Shown here in pieces: positions 54,635-64,000 of a stretch of DNA of 64,000 nucleotides. Each line of letters starts with the position of its first letter. The first letter of the stretch is position 1. The DNA is taken from the NCBI GenBank assembly GCA_964016885.1, contig OZ024741.1, forward strand, positions 243,908,001 through 243,972,000. The letters run 5' to 3'. Position numbers and translations under genes: made by a program. The stretch is from Eledone cirrhosa. Its lineage: Eukaryota. The notes beneath the pieces were generated by a model, which saw only the letters and a program-made list of their open reading frames with translations, was not told the DNA's origin and did not search any database.

Positions 54635-57600
54635 TGAAAATCACACCACACACAGCAAATGTGTGTCTGCACATGTACCAGTAATTACAGATCGATCCGA
54701 CAACGGCCGGCCGGCCCACGATCGAAAAGGTAACTCCGCCGGCAAAGTCGCATTTTTGTGATTCGTTTCTTCGAAGCACACCATTCGCTGGTGGACTTCA
54801 GCTTCCTCATTTAGCATGGGCAGCTTTTCTTGAAAATCACACCACACACAGCAAATGTGTCTCTGCACATGTACTAGTAATTACAGATCGATCCGACCAC
54901 GGGCCACCGGCCCACGATCGAAAAGGTAACTCCGGCGGCAAATTCGCATTTTTGTGATTCATTTCTTCGAAGCACACCATTCGCTGGTGGACTTCAGCTT
55001 CCTCATTTAACATGGGCAGCTTTTCTTGAAAATCACACCACACACAGCCAATGAGTGTCTGCACAGGTACCAGTAATTACAGATCGATCCGACCACGGGC
55101 GGCCTGCCCACGATCGAAAAGGTAACTCCGCCGGCAAATCCGCATTTTTGTGATTCGTTTCTTCGAAGCACACCATTCGCTGGTGGACTTCAGCTTCCTC
55201 ATTTAACATGGGCAGCTTTTCTTGAAAATCACACCACACTCAGCAAATGTGTGTCTGCACATGTACCAGTAATTACAGATCGATCCGACCACGGACGGCT
55301 GGCCCAGGATCGAAAAGGTAACTCCGGCGGCAAATTCGCATTTTTGTGATTCGTTTCTTCGAAGCACACCATTCGCTGGTGGACTTCAGCTTCCTCATTT
55401 AGCATGGGCAGCTTTTCTTGAAAATCACACCACACACAGCAATTGTGTGTCTGCACATGTACCAGTACGTACAGATCGATCCGACCACGGGCGGCCGGCC
55501 CACATTCGAAAAGGTTACTCCGCCTGCAAATCGTCATTTTTGGATTCGTTTTCTTCGAAGCACACCATTCGCCGGCGGACTTCAGCTGCCTCATTTAGCA
55601 TGGGCAGCTTTTCTTGAAAATCACACCACACACAGCAAATGTGTCTCTGCACATGTACTAGTAATTACAGATCGATCCGACCACGGGCCACCGGCCCACG
55701 ATCGAAAAGGTAACTCCGGCGGCAAATTCGCATTTTTGTGATTCATTTCTTCGAAGCACACCATTCGCTGGTGGACTTCAGCTTCCTCATTTAGCATGGG
55801 CAGCTTTTCTTGAAAATCACACCACACACAGCAAATGTGTGTCTGCACAGGTACCAGTAATTACAGATCGATCCGACCACGGACGGCTGGCCCACGATCG
55901 AAAAGGTAACTCCGCCGGCAAATCCTAATTTTTGTGATTCGTTTCTTCGAAGCACACCATTCGCCGCCGGACTTCAGCTTCCTCATTTAGCATGGGCAGC
56001 TTTTCTTGAAAATCACACCACACACAGCCAATGAGTGACTGCACATGTACCAGTAATTACAGATCGATCCGACAACGGGCGGCCTGCCTACGATCGAAAA
56101 GGTAACTCCGCCGGCAAATTCGCATTTTTGTGATTCGTTTCTTCGAAGCACACCATTCGCCGCCGGACTTCAGCTTCCTCATTTAGCATGGGCAGCTTTT
56201 CTTGAAAATCACACCACTCACAGCCAATGAGTCTCTGCACAGGTACCACTAATTACAGATCGATACGACCAGGGGCGGCCTGCCCACGATCGAAAAGGTA
56301 ACTCCGCCGGCAAATCCGCATTTTTGTGATTCGTTTCTTCGAAGCACACCATTCGCCGCCGGACTTCAGCTTCCTCATTTAGCAGGGGCAGCTTTTCTTA
56401 AAAATCACAGCACACTCAGCAAATGTGTGTCTGCACATGTACCAGTAATTACAGATCGATCCGACAACGGCCGGCCGGCCCACGATCGAAAAGGTAACTC
56501 CGCCGGCAAAGTCGCATTTTTGTGATTCGTTTCTTCGAAGCACACCATTCGCTGGTGGACTTCAGCTTCCTCATTTAGCATGGGCAGCTTTTCTTGAAAA
56601 TCACACCACACACAGCAAATGTGTCTCTGCACATGTACTAGTAATTACAGATCGATCCGACCACGGGCCACCGGCCCACGATCGAAAAGGTAACTCCGGC
56701 GGCAAATTCGCATTTTTGTGATTCATTTCTTCGAAGCACACCATTCGCTGGTGGACTTCAGCTTCCTCATTTAGCATGGGCAGCTTTTCTTGAAAATCAC
56801 ACCACACACAGCCAATGAGTGTCTGCACAGGTACCAGTAATTACAGATCGATCCGACCACGGGCGGCCTGCCCACGATCGAAAAGGTAACTCCGCCGGCA
56901 AATCCGCATTTTTGTGATTCGTTTCTTCGAAGCACACCATTCGCTGGTGGACTTCAGCTTCCTCATTTAACATGGGCAGCTTTTCTTGAAAATCACACCA
57001 CACTCAGCAAATGTGTGTCTGCACATGTACCAGTAATTACAGATCGATCCGACCACGGACGGCTGGCCCAGGATCGAAAAGGTAACTCCGGCGGCAAATT
57101 CGCATTTTTGTGATTCGTTTCTTCGAAGCACACCATTCGCTGGTGGACTTCAGCTTCCTCATTTAGCATGGGCAGCTTTTCTTGAAAATCACACCACACA
57201 CAGCAATTGTGTGTCTGCACATGTACCAGTACGTACAGATCGATCCGACCACGGGCGGCCGGCCCACATTCGAAAAGGTTACTCCGCCTGCAAATCGTCA
57301 TTTTTGGATTCGTTTTCTTCGAAGGACACCATTCGCCGGCGGACTTCAGCTGCCTCATTTAGCATGGGCAGCTTTTCTTGAAAATCACACCACACACAGC
57401 AAATGTGTCTCTGCACATGTACTAGTAATTACAGATCGATCCGACCACGGGCCACCGGCCCACGATCGAAAAGGTAACTCCGGCGGCAAATTCGCATTTT
57501 TGTGATTCATTTCTTCGAAGCACACCATTCGCTGGTGGACTTCAGCTTCCTCATTTAGCATGGGCAGCTTTTCTTGAAAATCACACCACACACAGCAAAT

Positions 57601-60600
57601 GTGTGTCTGCACAGGTACCAGTAATTACAGATCGATCCGACCACGGACGGCTGGCCCACGATCGAAAAGGTAACTCCGCCGGCAAATCCTAATTTTTGTG
57701 ATTCGTTTCTTCGAAGCACACCATTCGCCGCCGGACTTCAGCTTCCTCATTTAGCATGGGCAGCTTTTCTTGAAAATCACACCACACACAGCCAATGAGT
57801 GACTGCACATGTACCAGTAATTACAGATCGATCCGACAACGGGCGGCCTGCCTACGATCGAAAAGGTAACTCCGCCGGCAAATTCGCATTTTTGTGATTC
57901 GTTTCTTCGAAGCACACCATTCGCCGCCGGACTTCAGCTTCCTCATTTAGAATGGGCAGCTTTTCTTGAAAATCACACCACTCACAGCCAATGAGTCTCT
58001 GCACAGGTACCACTAATTACAGATCGATACGACCAGGGGCGGCCTGCCCACGATCGAAAAGGTAACTCCGCCGGCAAATCCGCATTTTTGTGATTCGTTT
58101 CTTCGAAGCACACCATTCGCCGCCGGACTTCAGCTTCCTCATTTAGCAGGGGCAGCTTTTCTTAAAAATCACACCACACTCAGCAAATGTGTGTCTGCAC
58201 ATGTACCAGTAATTACAGATCGATCCGACCACGGGCGGCCTGCCCACGATCGAAAAGGTAACTCCGCCGGCAAATTCGCATTTTTGTGATTCGTTTCTTC
58301 GAAGCACACCATTCGCTGGTGGACTTCAGCTTCCTCATTTAACATGGGCAGCTTTTCTTGAAAATCACACCACACTCAGCAAATGTGTGTCTGCACATGT
58401 ACCAGTAATTACAGATCGATCCGCCCACGGGCGGCCGGCCCACGATCGAAAATGTAACTCCGCCGGCAAATTCGCATTTTTGTGATTCGTTTCTTCGAAG
58501 CACACCATTCGCTGGTGGACTTCAGCTTCCTCATTTAGCATGGGCAGCTTTTCTTGAAAATCACACCACACTCAGCAAATGTGTGTCTGCACATGTACCA
58601 GTAATTACAGATCGATACGACCACGGGCGGCCTGCCCACGATCGAAAAGGTAACTCCGCCGGCAAATCCGCATTTTTGTGATTCGTTTCTTCGAAGCACA
58701 CCATTCGCCGCCGGACTTCAGCTTCCTCATTTAGCATGGGCAGCTTTTCTTGAAAATCACACCACACACAGCAAATGTGTCTCTGCACATGTACTAGTAA
58801 TTACAGATCGATCCGACCACGGGCCACCGGCCCACGATCGAAAAGGTAACTCCGGCGGCAAAATCGCATTTTTGTGATTCATTTCTTCGAAGCACACCAT
58901 TCGCTGGTGGACTTCAGCTTCCTCATTTAGCATGGGCAGCTTTTCTTGAAAATCACACCACACACAGCCAATGAGTGTCTGCACAGGTACCAGTAATTAC
59001 AGATCGATCCGACCACGGGCGGCCTGCCCACGATCGAAAAGGTAACTCCGCCGGCAAATCCGCATTTTTGTGATTCGTTTCTTCGAAGCACACCATTCGC
59101 CGCCGGACTTCAGCTTCCTCATTTAGCATGGGCAGCTTTTCTTAAAAATCACACCACACTCAGCAAATGAGTGTCTGCACATGTACCAGTAATTACAGAT
59201 CGATCCGACCACGGGCGGCCTGCCTACGATCGAAAAGGTAACTCCGCCGGCAAATTCGCATTTTTGTGATTCGTTTCTTCGAAGCACACCATTCGCCGCC
59301 GGACTTCAGCTTCCTCATTTAGCATGGGCAGCTTTTCTTGAAAATCACACCACACACAGCCAATGAGTGTCTGCACAGGTACCAGTAATTACAGATCGAT
59401 CCGACCACGGGCGGCCTGCCCACGATCGAAAAGGTAACTCCGCCGGCAAATCCGCATTTTTGTGATTCGTTTCTTCGAAGCACACCATTCGCCGCCGGAC
59501 TTCAGCTTCCTCATTTAGCATGGGCAGCTTTTCTTAAAAATCACACCACACTCAGCAAATGAGTGTCTGCACATGTACCAGTAATTACAGATCGATCCGA
59601 CCACGGGCGGCCTGCCTACGATCGAAAAGGTAACTCCGCCGGCAAATTCGCATTTTTGTGATTCGTTTCTTCGAAGCACACCATTCGCCGCCGGACTTCA
59701 GCTTCCTCATTTAGCATGGGCAGCTTTTCTTGAAAATCACACCACACACAGCAAATGTGTGTCTGCACAGGTACGAGTAATTACAGATCGATCCGACCAC
59801 GGGCGGCCGGCCCACGATCGAAAAGGTAACTCCGCCGGCAAATCCGCATTTTTGTGATTCGTTTCTTCGAAGCACACCATTCGCCGCCGGACTTCAGCTT
59901 CCTCATTTAGCATGGGCAGCTTTTCTTGAAAATCACACCACACACAGCAAATGTGTGTCTGCACATTTCCCAGTAATTACAGATCGATCCGACCACGGGC
60001 GGCCGGCCCACGATCAAAAAGGTAACTCCGCCGGCAAATCCGCATTTTTGTGATTCGTTTCTTCGAAGCACACCATTCGCCGCCGGACTTCAGCTTCCTC
60101 ATTTAGCATGGGCAGCTTTTCTTGAAAATCACACCACACACAGCAAATGTGTGTCTGCACATGTACCAGTAATTACAGATCGATCCGACAACGGCCGGCC
60201 GGCCCACGATCGAAAAGGTAACTCCGCCGGCAAAGTCGCATTTTTGTGATTCGTTTCTTCGAAGCACACCATTCGCTGGTGGACTTCAGCTTCCTCATTT
60301 AGCATGGGCAGCTTTTCTTGAAAATCACACCACACACAGCAAATGTGTCTCTGCACATGTACTAGTAATTACAGATCGATCCGACCACGGGCCACCGGCC
60401 CACGATCGAAAAGGTAACTCCGGCGGCAAATTCGCATTTTTGTGATTCATTTCTTCGAAGCACACCATTCGCTGGTGGACTTCAGCTTCCTCATTTAGCA
60501 TGGGCAGCTTTTCTTGAAAATCACACCACACACAGCCAATGAGTGTCTGCACAGGTACCAGTAATTACAGATCGATCCGACCACGGGCGGCCTGCCCACG

Positions 60601-63600
60601 ATCGAAAAGGTAACTCCGCCGGCAAATCCGCATTTTTGTGATTCGTTTCTTCGAAGCACACCATTCGCTGGTGGACTTCAGCTTCCTCATTTAACATGGG
60701 CAGCTTTTCTTGAAAATCACACCACACTCAGCAAATGTGTGTCTGCACATGTACCAGTAATTACAGATCGATCCGACCACGGACGGCTGGCCCAGGATCG
60801 AAAAGGTAACTCCGGCGGCAAATTCGCATTTTTGTGATTCGTTTCTTCGAAGCACACCATTCGCTGGTGGACTTCAGCTTCCTCATTTAGCATGGGCAGC
60901 TTTTCTTGAAAATCACACCACACACAGCAATTGTGTGTCTGCACATGTACCAGTACGTACAGATCGATCCGACCACGGGCGGCCGGCCCACATTCGAAAA
61001 GGTTACTCCGCCTGCAAATCGTCATTTTTGGATTCGTTTTCTTCGAAGCACACCATTCGCCGGCGGACTTCAGCTGCCTCATTTAGCATGGGCAGCTTTT
61101 CTTGAAAATCACACCACACACAGCAAATGTGTCTCTGCACATGTACTAGTAATTACAGATCGATCCGACCACGGGCCACCGGCCCACGATCGAAAAGGTA
61201 ACTCCGGCGGCAAATTCGCATTTTTGTGATTCATTTCTTCGAAGCACACCATTCGCTGGTGGACTTCAGCTTCCTCATTTAGCATGGGCAGCTTTTCTTG
61301 AAAATCACACCACACACAGCAAATGTGTGTCTGCACAGGTACCAGTAATTACAGATCGATCCGACCACGGACGGCTGGCCCACGATCGAAAAGGTAACTC
61401 CGCCGGCAAATCCTAATTTTTGTGATTCGTTTCTTCGAAGCACACCATTCGCCGCCGGACTTCAGCTTCCTCATTTAGCATGGGCAGCTTTTCTTAAAAA
61501 TCACACCACACTCAGCAAATGAGTGTCTGCACATGTACCAGTAATTACAGATCGATCCGACCACGGGCGGCCTGCCTACGATCGAAAAGGTAACTCCGCC
61601 GGCAAATTCGCATTTTTGTGATTCGTTTCTTCGAAGCACACCATTCGCCGCCGGACTTCAGCTTCCTCATTTAGCATGGGCAGCTTTTCTTGAAAATCAC
61701 ACCACACACAGCAAATGTGTGTCTGCACAGGTACGAGTAATTACAGATCGATCCGACCACGGGCGGCCGGCCCACGATCGAAAAGGTAACTCCGCCGGCA
61801 AATCCGCATTTTTGTGATTCGTTTCTTCGAAGCACACCATTCGCCGCCGGACTTCAGCTTCCTCATTTAGCATGGGCAGCTTTTCTTGAAAATCACACCA
61901 CACACAGCAAATGTGTGTCTGCACATTTCCCAGTAATTACAGATCGATCCGACCACGGGCGGCCGGCCCACGATCAAAAAGGTAACTCCGCCGGCAAATC
62001 CGCATTTTTGTGATTCGTTTCTTCGAAGCACACCATTCGCCGCCGGACTTCAGCTTCCTCATTTAGCATGGGCAGCTTTTCTTGAAAATCACACCACACA
62101 CAGCAAATGTGTGTCTGCACATGTACCAGTAATTACAGATCGATCCGACAACGGCCGGCCGGCCCACGATCGAAAAGGTAACTCCGCCGGCAAAGTCGCA
62201 TTTTTGTGATTCGTTTCTTCGAAGCACACCATTCGCTGGTGGACTTCAGCTTCCTCATTTAGCATGGGCAGCTTTTCTTGAAAATCACACCACACACAGC
62301 AAATGTGTCTCTGCACATGTACTAGTAATTACAGATCGATCCGACCACGGGCCACCGGCCCACGATCGAAAAGGTAACTCCGGCGGCAAATTCGCATTTT
62401 TGTGATTCATTTCTTCGAAGCACACCATTCGCTGGTGGACTTCAGCTTCCTCATTTAGCATGGGCAGCTTTTCTTGAAAATCACACCACACACAGCCAAT
62501 GAGTGTCTGCACAGGTACCAGTAATTACAGATCGATCCGACCACGGGCGGCCTGCCCACGATCGAAAAGGTAACTCCGCCGGCAAATCCGCATTTTTGTG
62601 ATTCGTTTCTTCGAAGCACACCATTCGCTGGTGGACTTCAGCTTCCTCATTTAACATGGGCAGCTTTTCTTGAAAATCACACCACACTCAGCAAATGTGT
62701 GTCTGCACATGTACCAGTAATTACAGATCGATCCGACCACGGACGGCTGGCCCAGGATCGAAAAGGTAACTCCGGCGGCAAATTCGCATTTTTGTGATTC
62801 GTTTCTTCGAAGCACACCATTCGCTGGTGGACTTCAGCTTCCTCATTTAGCATGGGCAGCTTTTCTTGAAAATCACACCACACACAGCAATTGTGTGTCT
62901 GCACATGTACCAGTACGTACAGATCGATCCGACCACGGGCGGCCGGCCCACATTCGAAAAGGTTACTCCGCCTGCAAATCGTCATTTTTGGATTCGTTTT
63001 CTTCGAAGCACACCATTCGCCGGCGGACTTCAGCTGCCTCATTTAGCATGGGCAGCTTTTCTTGAAAATCACACCACACACAGCAAATGTGTCTCTGCAC
63101 ATGTACTAGTAATTACAGATCGATCCGACCACGGGCCACCGGCCCACGATCGAAAAGGTAACTCCGGCGGCAAATTCGCATTTTTGTGATTCATTTCTTC
63201 GAAGCACACCATTCGCTGGTGGACTTCAGCTTCCTCATTTAGCATGGGCAGCTTTTCTTGAAAATCACACCACACACAGCAAATGTGTGTCTGCACAGGT
63301 ACCAGTAATTACAGATCGATCCGACCACGGACGGCTGGCCCACGATCGAAAAGGTAACTCCGCCGGCAAATCCTAATTTTTGTGATTCGTTTCTTCGAAG
63401 CACACCATTCGCCGCCGGACTTCAGCTTCCTCATTTAGCATGGGCAGCTTTTCTTGAAAATCACACCACACACAGCCAATGAGGGACTGCACATGTACCA
63501 GTAATTACAGATCGATCCGACAACGGGCGGCCTGCCTACGATCGAAAAGGTAACTCCGCCGGCAAATTCGCATTTTTGTGATTCGTTTCTTCGAAGCACA

Positions 63601-64000
63601 CCATTCGCCGCCGGACTTCAGCTTCCTCATTTAGCATGGGCAGCTTTTCTTGAAAATCACACCACTCACAGCCAATGAGTCTCTGCACAGGTACCACTAA
63701 TTACAGATCGATACGACCAGGGGCGGCCTGCCCACGATCGAAAAGGTAACTCCGCCGGCAAATCCGCATTTTTGTGATTCGTTTCTTCGAAGCACACCAT
63801 TCGCCGCCGGACTTCAGCTTCCTCATTTAGCAGGGGCAGCTTTTCTTAAAAATCACACCACACTCAGCAAATGTGTGTCTGCACATGTACCAGTAATTAC
63901 AGATCGATCCGACAACGGCCGGCCGGCCCACGATCGAAAAGGTAACTCCGCCGGCAAAGTCGCATTTTTGTGATTCGTTTCTTCGAAGCACACCATTCGC
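54635..64000 (+). repeat. Right-hand domain of 9-mer (1,764 bp) and 10-mer (1,960 bp) higher-order repeats, with a 392-bp dimer duplication at 58947-59730
   Basis: ORF offsets 55229/56993 (1,764), 60717/62677 and 59737/61697 (1,960), and 55229/60717 (5,488). Marks characteristic of this domain are GCAAAGTCGC, GCAATTGTG and CATTTTTGGATT. Confidence 0.85.

Larger units (their letters stand above)
35475..55222 (+). repeat. Tandem duplication of 9,874 bp (51 monomers minus 2x61 bp): 35475-45348 and 45349-55222
   Basis: ORF pairs 36853/46727, 39009/48883, 42280/52154 and 44963/54837. Shared private marks include CACATATCCC, CACGGAAGGCC, ATACGCCC, GATCAGACC and both 61-bp-short junctions. Confidence 0.92.
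1..64000. repeat. 196-bp satellite DNA tandem array, head-to-tail, about 328 monomers, running off both window edges (centromeric/heterochromatic-type satellite; family not identified)
   Basis: The motif TGAAAATCACACCAC recurs at 1, 197, 393, 589 and onward, and ORF-track coordinates step by 196. Approximate consensus: TGAAAATCACACCACACACAGCAAATGTGTGTCTGCACATGTACCAGTAATTACAGATCGATCCGACCACGGGCGGCCGGCCCACGATCGAAAAGGTAACTCCGCCGGCAAATTCGCATTTTTGTGATTCGTTTCTTCGAAGCACACCATTCGC(TGGT/CGCC)GGACTTCAGCTTCCTCATTTAGCATGGGCAGCTTTTCT. No unique sequence or inversion was seen. The centromeric role is inference only. Confidence 0.98.

Noticed and set aside
7-63296. Numerous 65-131 aa ORFs on both strands (MWCDFQEKLPMLNEE..., MKITPHTANV...)
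   Set aside because: They are translations of the satellite monomer. The 196-bp unit is not a multiple of 3, so frames shift each unit. Stops and start losses occur freely among variants, there is no recognisable domain, and there is no synonymous bias.
1-64000. CRISPR array or diversity-cassette system
   Set aside because: There are no unique spacers, the whole unit is repeated with scattered SNPs, and no cas, recombinase or reverse transcriptase gene is present.

Overview
The whole 64-kb window is one uninterrupted, single-orientation tandem array of a 196-bp satellite monomer (about 328 monomers), resembling eukaryotic centromeric/heterochromatic satellite DNA. I cannot assign the organism or satellite family from the sequence. 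There are no credible genes, RNA genes, mobile elements or CRISPR arrays, and the ORF track is a by-product of the repeat. The information lies in the variant pattern. About a dozen recognisable monomer types recur in a conserved order and form variable higher-order repeats (2-, 6-, 9-, 10-, 17-, 18-, 19- and 21-mer periods). Two very recent multi-kb tandem duplications are present (about 15.7/12.0 kb and 9,874 bp), and their breakpoints can be mapped from chimeric monomers. Only two net length-changing events are visible: a 1-bp deletion (2 copies) and a 61-bp-short monomer (4 copies) whose junction lies on a 7-bp CACACCA microhomology and appears to be the scar of an out-of-register 1,311-bp duplication. 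The monomer is dense in palindromes and short hairpins, and several multi-base variants preserve or create dyad symmetry. All comparisons were made by eye and with the ORF-track offsets, not by computed alignment.
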